A DNA stretch of 64,000 nt from assembly GCA_043228905.1 (NCBI GenBank), contig JBHGNT010000006.1:16926001-16990000 (forward strand). The letters are read 5' to 3'. This document shows positions 33,160-43,726 of the stretch, piece by piece; the first letter of the stretch is position 1; every line of letters starts with the position of its first letter. The position numbers and the translations under genes are program-made. Below the pieces are notes generated by a model that did no database searches, was not told the origin of the DNA, and saw only the letters and a program-made list of their open reading frames with translations. Source of the stretch: Azolla caroliniana. Lineage: Eukaryota; Plantae; Polypodiophyta.

Positions 33160-33470
33160 GAAAAGGCGCGAAAAAGCGCGCCAATTAAAGAGGGAGCCCG
33201 TCTCACAGAAAAAGGAGCCCGTCTCATTAAAGAAGGGCTCCACTTTGTGAAAGGGAGCCCTTGTGGAAAAGGTGCGAAAAAGCGCACCAATTAAAGAGGG
33301 AGCCCGTCTCATAGAAAAAGGAGCCCATCTCATTAAAGAAGGGCTCCACTTTGTGAAAGGGAGCCCTTGTGGAAAAGGCGCGAAAAAGCGCACCAATTAA
33401 AGAGGGAGCCCATCTCACAGAAAAAGGAGCCCGTCTCATTAAAGAAGGGCTCCACTTTGTGAAAGGGAGG
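33160..33470. repeat. Left subterminal tandem repeats (~110-bp units rich in GGGAGCCC)
   Basis: Repeated AAGAGGGAGCCCGTCTCA..AAAAGGAGCCC..CATTAAAGAAGGGCTCCACTTTGTGAAAGGGAG. Confidence 0.85.
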
Positions 33471-34240
33471 CCTTCTCATTAGTTTGAGGGAAGTATAAAA
33501 AGCCTTTTTCTGTCATTTTTTCCCTGTTTTCAAACAAGAAGCGTGAGGTTGAGGGTTTAGGGTTTTTGAGCGCGCTGCACCACCTGTTGTTTGGCAGCAC
33601 CTGTTGCAGACATCTTCCGTGAGGCACAACACCGGTTGTCCGCGAGCACCTACAATCTAGAGGTAGGTATCATATTCCTTCTATTAGGTTTAGGGTTTTA
33701 TTAGGTATCATATTCCTTCTATTAGGTTTAGGTTTTATTCCATGTCATAAAAACCATCAACCTAATATGGATGATTGCTTGAACCTAATATGATTTTATT
33801 CCTTCTATTGTGTCTTCAAGCAATCAACCATGGTTTTGAGTAGACATGGAATAAAAATAATACTTGTCTATGTGTATTCAAGCAATCATCATCCATATTA
33901 GGTTTGAATGTCATTATTTGAATGCTTGAATTTGCTCATGTGATTCATGCATTATTGGGCTTTTTTATGCCCACATTTAGAGGTCAAATCTCAAATCTTG
34001 TATACATTCTTTGCGATGGCTTGACCCCAAATAATAATAATGTAATGAATGCCTTATTAAAAAAAAGTTGTGTGCTATGTAAGTCTACGTAAGTATGTTT
34101 TAAGTTGGAAGTAAAACGTTGTGTCCATTATAGTATTCTAAATGATAAATGATAAATTCTTGCTTAATGAAATTAGGATTCTCCATGAAGACCAACTATT
34201 TGTCATGAACTCATGAACTATGACTATGATTTAAATACGT

Positions 34241-37200
34241 TGTCGTGAAGATTTTCGTCCGTAGGCGGAAACCCGAGCGAAGCAAGCAAACCCGCGATGT
34301 GCAACGTTGCACATCAACATGTTGTATTTCTATTTATCGATAGTGATAAGTATGGTGCTAGAAATGCACCTTAGGATTTGTAAAGTGTAAAGGTGATGTG
34401 CTTTTGCGCGCACATCCACGTGAGAGAGAGAGATAGGTACATAGTAGTTCGTGTAGAGGTGGGAGTTAAGACCCATCCTTCCCACCTCCCCAAAAATCAA
34501 GGGAAATATCCCCATTGATTGAAAGGGGATATTTTGTAGCACCCTTTTGTAAACGGTCTTCTCTCCTTGTGCTATAAAAGGAGAGGAAGAGCACCATTGT
34601 GGGGGTTGCCTTAATTTTGAGTGTGAGTGAGGTATACCATTTCGTTTTAGGGTTAGGGTTTCGTTTAGGGTTCCTTAGTTAGGGTTTCTTTCTTCTTCGT
34701 CGGATTAGGGTTTCGGGTTTATCATAGTCGTTTGGTGCGGCCTACGCGGCCGCCATTTTGTAATCGGTTTTCGGCTCTAATATACCTTGTTGAGCATTTG
34801 GCCTCCATCTTCCTCTTGTTCATTCTTTCTCTTCTTGTGCTAAGCTCCATTCCGAAGTCCTATTCCTTCTCCCCTTCTCCTTAGTCCAAGACCCCCGTGG
34901 TTCCGCCCTTCTCCACGCACGCGCGTAACAACGCGACATCTTTGGTGAACCCGACGTGAAGGGCGGCAAGGGAGAAAGAGATGGAAGAAGGCTTCGACTT
35001 CGAGGAGATGATGACAAAGATCTTGATGGACGCCGGACGGAAGAGGGCGAGGCGAGAGGCGGCTCAACAAGCGGTCGAAAGGGTGGTCCGTCTAGTCGGC
35101 CGGTTCGATGGGAAGGAGGTCCCAAAATTTTTGAGAGCCTACGATGCGGAAATGACGAGGATGGGCGTGGACGAAGCGACGAGGCTAGAGTTCTTTCGTC
35201 GAGCGGCGGCCGCATCAAAGTACGAGGAGGTCAAGGAGCTCCAAGAAGCTCACGAATCGTGGGAGTCCTTTGAAGGGGCTCTAATGGAGGCATACGGGTG
35301 CGCGGAATCGGAGGTAAGAGGTCGGCGAGAGTTCGATCGGTGGGTGGCGTCGGCGAGGCGCCATCGGAGCGCAATGGAGGCATTCCGAGAGTTCGAGCGT
35401 CGTTTCTCTCAACTCTCGGAGTGGGAACGAAGATCGGTGGGGGCGGACAAAGTCCTCCTATTTTTGGAGACGGTCCATCATGAGGAGAGGATGGACATCA
35501 TGTTCGAGCTTCAAGACGATTATGGGGCGCATGGTCTCACCGAGGAGTGGCCCGAAGTGGAATGGGTGTGTCGGCAACATGAGGCGAGGCGGTCGGCCAC
35601 AACACGGCCCGCGAGCGGGGGAGAAGAGAGAGCGACGACCGACTACGCCATGCCGCCGGACGAGAGCTCATCGCGAACCGGTTTGGAGGGGCCCGACCTA
35701 CAAGCACTAATACGGGAGGCGTGCGGGCTCGTAATGGCGAAAATCGAAGCCGAAGAATGGCTTATTGCGGGGTCGGGCCCGAGCGGATCGGAGGACGCGG
35801 AGGAAGGAGCTTCCTCACACATGGAGGACAGGGCCTATGCGGAGGCCGAAAGAGAATGGTACATCGGTACCACGGGAGAGGGTGCGGAGCGAGCCGCCCT
35901 CTCAACATGGGGAAAAAGAACGACCGAGGACGAGGTCGGGGACGGTGAGGCGGCGATCGCCGATTCGAGCGGACATGGCGGATTCGGGACACGGTGGCCC
36001 GAATCATCGAGTACGGAGGAGACAAGCGGCGGTACCGCAACCTTCCACGCACCGGTTCGAGAGACCACGGCGGCCGGCCCGAGCGCCCGCGAGAGACCGA
36101 GGGAGAAGAACGGTGGCGGCGGCAAGGCGGGCAACCGAGACAACGGTAAGGAGACCGCGGAAGAGGCGGCGGCAAGCATAACCGATGCTTGCATATACGG
36201 AGGCGGGGTAGCCACGGACAGCGACGTCCGAGCGGAGGTGGCTGCGGACATTACATCGACGAGCGGCGGTCCCGCGACCTTACAGGCGTCATTCCTAGAG
36301 ATCACGGCGGCCGGCCCGAGTGCCCGCGTAAGACCTATGGTGAAAGGCGGTGGCGGTGGCAAGGCGGGCGACCACGGCGTCGACACGAGAGAAGGTGCGG
36401 AGCAAGCGACCCTCTCATCTCGGGGAAAAAGAACGGCCATGGACGAGGCCGATATCTACGGAGCGATGGACGCCACTTCGAGAGTGGGCGGAAGTTTCGG
36501 GACGCGGTTGCCCGAAACGTTCTACGAGGATTTCGCGAGCATACTCGAGGCTTGCGAAATGGAGGAGGAAGACGAAACGAGCGATGGTGTCGCGACCTTC
36601 CACACACCGGCCCTAGAGGCTTCGGCGGTCGGCCCGAGTGCCGGCACGAGACCTAGAACGACGGGCGGTGGCGGAGGCAAGGCGGGCAAACGAGATGACG
36701 CGGAGACCGGCGAAGAAGAGGCGGCGGCAAGCATACTCGATGCTTGCGAAACCGAAGACGGGGTAGCCACGGACGACGATGTCCGAATGGAGGTGGCTAC
36801 GGACGAGAGGAGTGGTGATGTCGCGACCTTCCACACACCGGTCCTAGAGACTCCGGCACCCGGCCCGAGAGCCGGCGAGAGGCCTAGAGTGACGGACGGT
36901 GGCGGCGGCAAGGCGGGCAACCGAAACGACGACGACATGGGAGAGGGTGCGGAGCGAGCAACCCTCTCGTCTTGCGGCGAATGGACGGCCAAGGATGAGG
37001 CCGGTGACTACAAAGCGGAGAGCGCCACTTCGAAAGTGGGCGAAAGATTCGGGGCACGGCGGCCCAAAACATCGAGCGGAGAGGAGGCAAGCGGTGGTGC
37101 CGCGACCTTCCACACACCGGCCCTAGAGGCTTCGGCGGTCGGCCCGAGTGCCGGCACGAGACCTAGAACGACGGGCGGTGGCGGCGGCAAGGCGGGCAAA

Positions 37201-39936
37201 CAAAATGATGCGGAGAACGGCGAAGAAGAGGTGGTGGCAAGCATACTAGAGGCTTACGGAATCGGAGATGGGGGAGCCGCGGACAACGACGTCCGAACGA
37301 AAGCGGCTACGGAGACAACAAGCGGCGGTGCCGGGTCCTTACCCACACCAATCCTAGAGGCTCCAATGGCCGGCCCGAGTGCCGGCATGAGGCTTAGTGC
37401 GACGGGAGGTGACGGCGGCAAAGCGGGCAACGGAAACGAGAAGGAAGATCGGAGCGGACGGAGGCAAGACCCCTTGACACCGGGGCCGGAGACTTCGGCG
37501 GTTGTGCTCGAATGCCAACGTGAGACCGGAGAGATGGGCGGTGACCGTGAGGAGGTGAGGCCCGGAGAGAGCGCATACGAAGACGAGTATGCGGGGCCCG
37601 GAATGGGCGTATACGGTGGGTCCGACGGAGAGGACCGGAGCGGAAACGAGGAGAGAGTCGGGAACCGACCCGACCGGAATACGGCACGGAAGAAGAAGAG
37701 AGTAAGGGCCGGCGAACCGGGCCCAAACCGAAGGAAGCCGGCGAGACCGATTGGCCGGTTACGGTTACGATGGGAGCCGGTAAGCGCGAGATGGAGGCTA
37801 ACCGGGCACGACGACCATGGTTCGGGGGAAAAACGGAAACAAACGAGACCCTCCATACCCACTCTAGAGACTACGGCGGTTGCGGATCAACATAAGACCG
37901 GAGAGACGGCGGGTGGCGGCGAGGAGTCGGAGGCCGGAGCGTACGAGGTTACCGGAACGGATATCCGGTACGAGATGGTGGACGGGTGGGTCCAAGACGG
38001 CGAGCCCGTGTCGGGACGGGCTACGGCGACAAAGGAGGAGAAGACCGACACGGAGGTCGGGTCTACGGCGGAAGAGCGAGACGAGATGCATGCAATACGG
38101 CCGATGGAGGGCCAAGACACAAGCATGCCTACGAAGGAGCCACATCGAGCGACCGAAGATGACGGTCGGATCACGCCTTCGAGAGGCGAATACGAGGAGG
38201 AAGGCGGCGACGACAAGACCTGGCACGATGCTAGGGAAGATTGGTGGGAAGAGGTGGCCTACGGAGAGGCTAAGACCGGCGGCCACGAAGATAAGGCCCG
38301 AGAGGGATCCTCCACACCGGCTATAGAGACTCCGGCGGTCGGCGCGAGTGCCGACGTGAGACCAAGAGTGGCGGACGGTGGCGGCGAGGGGACGAAGGCC
38401 ACAACGGATGAAGGCACCGAGAGAGGCATACGGGAGGTCGCGGAGAACGAAGATGTATGCGCCCAAAAGAACGAACACGACATCACGAAGGATGTGTGCG
38501 GTCGAGCGGGCCAAGAGGGCCAAGAGGGTGCTCCTCCGAGCGAAACGGAGGTCGGGGAAGAAAGGTACCTTTCCGAAAGGGTACGCGAAGAGGAGCGGAA
38601 TGCGAAACGTGCAATGCGGCCGCACGAGGGCCAAGCAACGAGCACGGGAATGATGGTATGCTCTACGGCGAAAGAGCACGGAAGGCGAAGGGAAGGCGGA
38701 AGATGCGTGATGGGGTCATCGAAGGACCGAAGCACGAGCACGCATTCGGGGGAGAGCATCGACATACGGGGAAAGCCTACGGAAGGCAATCGCGGAGCGG
38801 AGAGAGTCGGCACGCCGAGGTGTGCGGCACGGGAAAGGCGGAATCCGGCGTGCAACCGGAGAGATCGGGAGAGCATCCGGAGGCTATACGAGGCGGACAA
38901 AAGAAGAGTAACCGGGTCGGCAACGGCGTTCGGGAGGACCGATCGGGGAAGAAAGCGCGGGCATCGGAAACGGCGGTCCGGATGTAGACGGTGGTCCGAG
39001 GAATCACGGTGGATGTGGCGGATCGGATGGAGCCGACGGTTCGAGACCATTCGGCGGAGATGGTGGGCCGGAAGGCGACGGTGGTTCGTGTGGACGGGGT
39101 GGACTTGCTCGAAGTGGAAGACGAAGCCGGGCAAGCCCACGAGGTTGCCAAGGGCTCGGTTGGCCGCCTTGGCCGAAAATCTCGCGTTTTGTCCCCTTTT
39201 GGCACATACCGGTGGATGTGCGGTTAGGTGGGGGCGGATGTCGTGAAGATTTTCGTCCGTAGGCGGAAACCCGAGCGAAGCAAGCAAACCCGCGATGTGC
39301 AACGTTGCACATCAACATGTTGTATTTCTATTTATCGATAGTGATAAGTATGGTGCTAGAAATGCACCTTAGGATTTGTAAAGTGTAAAGGTGATGTGCT
39401 TTTGCGCGCACATCCACGTGAGAGAGAGAGATAGGTACATAGTAGTTCGTGTAGAGGTGGGAGTTAAGACCCATCCTTCCCACCTCCCCAAAAATCAAGG
39501 GAAATATCCCCATTGATTGAAAGGGGATATTTTGTAGCACCCTTTTGTAAATGGTCTTCTCTCCTTGTGCTATAAAAGGAGAGGAAGAGCACCATTGTGG
39601 GGGTTGCCTTAATTTTGAGTGTGAGTGAGGTATACCATTTCGTTTTAGGGTTAGGGTTTCGTTTAGGGTTCCTTAGTTAGGGTTTCTTTCTTCTTCGTCG
39701 GATTAGGGTTTCGGGTTTATCATAGTCGTTTGGTGCAGCCTACGCGGCCGCCATTTTGTAATCGGTTTTCGGCTCTAATATACCTTGTTGAGCATTTGGC
39801 CTCCATCTTCCTCTTGTTCATTCTTTCTCTTCTTGTGCTAAGCTCCATTCCGAAGTCCTATTCCTTCTCCCCTTCTCCTTAGTCCAAGACCCCCGTGGTT
39901 CCGCCCTTCTCCACGCACGCGCGTAACAACGCGACA
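34241..39936 (+). mobile_element. Element C: young non-autonomous LTR retrotransposon (family of B), tRNA-Trp PBS
   Basis: 698-bp LTRs at 34241-34938 and 39239-39936 (two differences seen by eye); 4-bp TSD ACGT; PBS at 34943-34960; PPT-like GGTTAGGTGGGGGCGGA before the 3' LTR. Confidence 0.95.
34981..39246 (+). CDS. 1421-aa Gag-like protein with a long repetitive G/A/T/E-rich extension; no PR/RT/RH/INT motifs
   Basis: The N-terminal ~200 aa are homologous to element B gag; repeated ATFHTPALE..GPSA..RPR..GGGGGKAG modules follow. Confidence 0.75.
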   Translation: MEEGFDFEEMMTKILMDAGRKRARREAAQQAVERVVRLVGRFDGKEVPKFLRAYDAEMTRMGVDEATRLEFFRRAAAASKYEEVKELQEAHESWESFEGALMEAYGCAESEVRGRREFDRWVASARRHRSAMEAFREFERRFSQLSEWERRSVGADKVLLFLETVHHEERMDIMFELQDDYGAHGLTEEWPEVEWVCRQHEARRSATTRPASGGEERATTDYAMPPDESSSRTGLEGPDLQALIREACGLVMAKIEAEEWLIAGSGPSGSEDAEEGASSHMEDRAYAEAEREWYIGTTGEGAERAALSTWGKRTTEDEVGDGEAAIADSSGHGGFGTRWPESSSTEETSGGTATFHAPVRETTAAGPSARERPREKNGGGGKAGNRDNGKETAEEAAASITDACIYGGGVATDSDVRAEVAADITSTSGGPATLQASFLEITAAGPSARVRPMVKGGGGGKAGDHGVDTREGAEQATLSSRGKRTAMDEADIYGAMDATSRVGGSFGTRLPETFYEDFASILEACEMEEEDETSDGVATFHTPALEASAVGPSAGTRPRTTGGGGGKAGKRDDAETGEEEAAASILDACETEDGVATDDDVRMEVATDERSGDVATFHTPVLETPAPGPRAGERPRVTDGGGGKAGNRNDDDMGEGAERATLSSCGEWTAKDEAGDYKAESATSKVGERFGARRPKTSSGEEASGGAATFHTPALEASAVGPSAGTRPRTTGGGGGKAGKQNDAENGEEEVVASILEAYGIGDGGAADNDVRTKAATETTSGGAGSLPTPILEAPMAGPSAGMRLSATGGDGGKAGNGNEKEDRSGRRQDPLTPGPETSAVVLECQRETGEMGGDREEVRPGESAYEDEYAGPGMGVYGGSDGEDRSGNEERVGNRPDRNTARKKKRVRAGEPGPNRRKPARPIGRLRLRWEPVSARWRLTGHDDHGSGEKRKQTRPSIPTLETTAVADQHKTGETAGGGEESEAGAYEVTGTDIRYEMVDGWVQDGEPVSGRATATKEEKTDTEVGSTAEERDEMHAIRPMEGQDTSMPTKEPHRATEDDGRITPSRGEYEEEGGDDKTWHDAREDWWEEVAYGEAKTGGHEDKAREGSSTPAIETPAVGASADVRPRVADGGGEGTKATTDEGTERGIREVAENEDVCAQKNEHDITKDVCGRAGQEGQEGAPPSETEVGEERYLSERVREEERNAKRAMRPHEGQATSTGMMVCSTAKEHGRRREGGRCVMGSSKDRSTSTHSGESIDIRGKPTEGNRGAERVGTPRCAARERRNPACNRRDRESIRRLYEADKRRVTGSATAFGRTDRGRKRGHRKRRSGCRRWSEESRWMWRIGWSRRFETIRRRWWAGRRRWFVWTGWTCSKWKTKPGKPTRLPRARLAALAENLAFCPLLAHTGGCAVRWGRMS

Positions 39937-40223
39937 ACGTATCATTATTATGGCTATCTCCCTTAATTTAGAATGTGCCCTCTATGTATATATATTACAA
40001 AAACTAAAATAAAAACTGCAAGTAGCATTCATGAATTTTAAATTATTGACATTGATATGTTAGAATTTGTTAAGATTGATCTATTTTTTGAAATCATTGA
40101 CAATTTTTGTCCATTTCAAAATCCTTAACACTAATGTATTGTGTAGAAACAATAGGATAGACTCAAGTATTCTTGAATTTAAAGACAAACATATGGTAAT
40201 GTTTTGGCATGTGTTTTGTATAG

Positions 40224-42250
40224 ATGGCTAGTCGGTCCAAGACCTTCATAGACTTTGATGCGGATTGGGGTGAAACAATACCCTATGAAGGGAGGTATGG
40301 CATGAATCATTTCTCAACTTTATATTGTGTATAAATAGTGATGTTTGTGTGCTAACTTGAATGATGGTTTAGGGTTTTTGTAAGAAAGGATGCTAGGTGC
40401 CCCAAATCCAACAATATGGATGCTGAAAACATCATTACTGAAGACTCGAACATGGATACGAACCCCATACATGATGTGGGGCCAGGTGTTGAAGATATCA
40501 GTGTAAATGGTGAGTTGATGTACATTCTTATAATCATTATTGAAGTAAGTATATATTGGGTTTTTCTAATGCAAATGTCACACCATTGTTGTAGTGGACC
40601 CCATGTCCCTCTTCAAGGCGGGAAGAGACTCAACAGGTATCAAATGTCGCACATGTATCGTTGGAGATTCATGTAGAAAAGAGGTACGATGGTTTTGCAA
40701 AAAAGTTGACATGGAGGCTCACTTACAGAAGGCACATGGCATCCGTGTAGTACTGCCTCGAGGGCTAAAGATAGAAGAAGAAGAGCAATCGACCTCCATG
40801 AGGAGTACAACCACGTCATTCTTCAGCCACTACGAAAGACAACGATCAATAAAGCGTTTTTTGGATCCGGAGCTAAAGTACAACAGGTCACACCAATCAC
40901 ACATGAGGAAGTTGAGGACAAGAGCGATTAAGATCTTCAAAGCCACTCCGAACGCACTTCAAACATCCAAGGAGGCCGATTTCATTGCCCAATTCGTCAG
41001 CCAACAGATGGCTAGGTATGACGAGGGAAAGGAGCATAGGATGGCAAAATTGAAGTTGAAGATTGCGGTTGTGTCTGAAGCTTATGTAAGTAAGGTTTAT
41101 GATTATGTGTGCATCTTATGTGAGTCTAAATCTAGTGTGTGAATGATTATGTGTGAATCTTATGTATGAATTTTAGTGTAAGAATCATGGAATTCCCATG
41201 CCAGAAGATGAGACACATGTCGAGATCGATGGTGGTCAAGACCAACTGTCAGAATCGACAACCCAACAACCAAGGAGGCCTAAAATCCAAATCCGCAAGA
41301 AAACAGTGGACCCTAGTAAGTTGTCGTTCATTACATCATCTGACACAGATGAGGGTGCGGACATTGGGATTGTCTTTATTGGTCCTGGGACAATCACAAA
41401 AACATGGGATAACACAACAAGAAAAAAGTTCACTAGGTATGCCGTTATGGTGGGGGCATGAGATCAATAGTTAACTTCATGTTTTTTTTGTAGTTACTAA
41501 TCTGGCCTAATAAACAGGTTTCAGGTGGCTTGTCAACGATTAGATCTAGTGGTCTTTTTGACAGAGGTAGAACTATGTTCGTTGTGCACTGTAGGGGAGA
41601 TGGCATCCACATGGATGATGACCCTCTTCCACTTATGGATGGAGTACTCGTTGCCCCCCGAGATCAACAAGCGGTTTCATATTGTGGATCCACTATGGGT
41701 ACAACTAGAAGGCCAAAGTGATAAGGGTGAAGACATACTCACTCGGGTCCCTGAACGGGAATATGTCTTCATTCCGATATTGCACTCAGGGCATTGGGTG
41801 CTTTGGTTGAAGATGTGACAGACTCCTATAGGTCTCGATGCCAAGGTGAGGAGCCATATTATTTTTTGCGATCCACTAAATCATCATCCGACTACCGGCA
41901 TGAAGACATTGGGTGATTTGGCTGTACGACATATCTCTAGCGCCACACATGACCATTGCATCATCAACAACGAGCGGTTCCAGGTATTGCATATCCCAAC
42001 CCAACCTAATGGGACGGATTGTGGGTATTACGTGATGCAAACCATTCGAATGTTGGTCGAGGAGTTCATTCAAGGATTTGAGTCTGATCAATTTGTAAGT
42101 ATTTATGAGAATTGAATTTATGAGAATTGAATTTGGGCTTAGGTTGATGGCATCTTGTGGTGTAGGGTAAGGAGCAATGGTTTGGATTCGAAGATGTGCA
42201 ACTCCTTCGGAAAATCATGGCAAAATGGACACGAAGGACTCTGGGCATAG
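40224..42250 (+). CDS. Multi-exon MULE cargo gene(s): C2H2-like finger region and C-terminal Ulp1/C48-type cysteine protease (exon structure approximate, probably decayed)
   Basis: CRTC...HLQKAH at 40594-41142; YVFIPILHSGHWVL, IFCDPL and PTQPNGTDCGYYV (His-Asp-Gln/Cys order of C48 peptidases); several GT..AG introns. Confidence 0.7.
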
Positions 42251-42966
42251 GGTTATTTTAATCACTAGCATGTTGTACTTTGTAACATCAAACATATGAT
42301 CTCGATTTACTATCTCATGTGGATTGTCAACTTTTTTGTAATATCTGGTAAATAGTTGAATCTCATTTTGGTTGTATATGACTCAATTTGATGTACATTC
42401 TGGTTGTGAGTCTTATTGTGTGAATCTCATTTTGGTTGTATATGTCTTTGTTGATGTACATTCTGGTTGTGAGTCTTATTATTTGAATCTCATTTTGGTT
42501 GTATATGACTCAATTTGATGTACATTCTCATTTTTGTAATATCAAATCAATATTTGAATCTCATTTTGGTTGTAAATGACTCAATGTGGACTCTATCTGA
42601 AAATCATTTTGTAATATCTGGTAAATAGTTGAATCTCATTATGAATCTCATTTTGAATCTCATTTTGGTTGTATATTTGGTTGTATGTTTTGGGTGTCAA
42701 AAGAATAAAACTAATAGCTTATTGACAAGTAGTCATGGCAATGGTTTTTGAGAAAGGCCAAGAAAGAGTAAGTATATAGAAAGAGTGTTGTAATCAAAGA
42801 ATGTTGTTGTAGAAAGAGTAAGTATATAGAAAGAGTGCTTCGGTCCTTGCTGTAAACAATACGAAAGACATAACAAGACTCAATGTCAATCTTATTCAAA
42901 GACATAACAAGACTCAATGTCAATCTTCTTCAAAGACATAACAAGACTCAATGTGAATCTTATTCA

Positions 42967-43285
42967 AAAGGGAGCCTGACTGATTAGTGTGGAGCTCGAC
43001 TCATTCATGTTCATTAAAAAAGGGAGCCCCACTCATTAAAAAGGGAGCCCGACTCTGGTAAAAAGGGAGCCCGACTGATTAATGTGGAGCCCGACTCATT
43101 CTTGTTCATTAAAAAAGGGAGTCCCACTCATTAAAAAGGGAGCCCAACTCTGGTAAAAAGGGAGCCCGACTCACTCATGTTCATTAAAAAAGGGAGCCCC
43201 ATTCATTAAAAAGGGAGCCCGACTCTGGTAAAAAGGGAGCCCGACTGATAATGTGGAGCCCGACTCATTAAAAAAGGGAGCCCAA
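42967..43285. repeat. Internal array of AAAAGGGAGCCCGACTC motifs
   Basis: More than ten copies; the reverse complement of the right subterminal motif. Confidence 0.85.
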
Positions 43286-43726
43286 CACAGTAATAGGGAA
43301 GTGCCCAACTACGTGTAATGATGGCGTCTCAACAGTCATATTAACGACTACAGTAAATTAATTCACCAAATTCAGTAGCATGCACTAAGAGTCTTCCCAT
43401 CATTCCCAATTAACCCATTCCCTTCCTTAATAATCTATTAATCACTCGCACTCATATCATTCACTCTCATTCTCGATCGTTAATCTACTCCATTCATTCA
43501 CTTGAATTCATTTGATTTCATTCACTTGAATTCATTTGATTTCATTCACTTCATTCACCTCAATCACTGGCATTCTTGATCATATTGTAGGCCATTTGAT
43601 TTCATTCACTCTCATTCTCGATCATTAATCTACTCCATTCATGTGAATTATTTGAATTCATTCACTTGAATTCATTTGATTTCATTCACCTCAATCATTG
43701 GCATTCTTGATCATATTGTATTTGCT

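Noticed and set aside
35762-39318. Many long antisense and alternative-frame ORFs in element C (and similarly at 8898-10219)
   Set aside because: GC-rich, stop-poor shadows of the main ORF with no recognisable motifs.
42350-42965. Short AT-rich tandem repeats (AATCTCATTTTGGTTG; AAGACATAACAAGACTCAATG) as a separate element
   Set aside because: Degenerate minisatellites inside the MULE with no termini or TSD.
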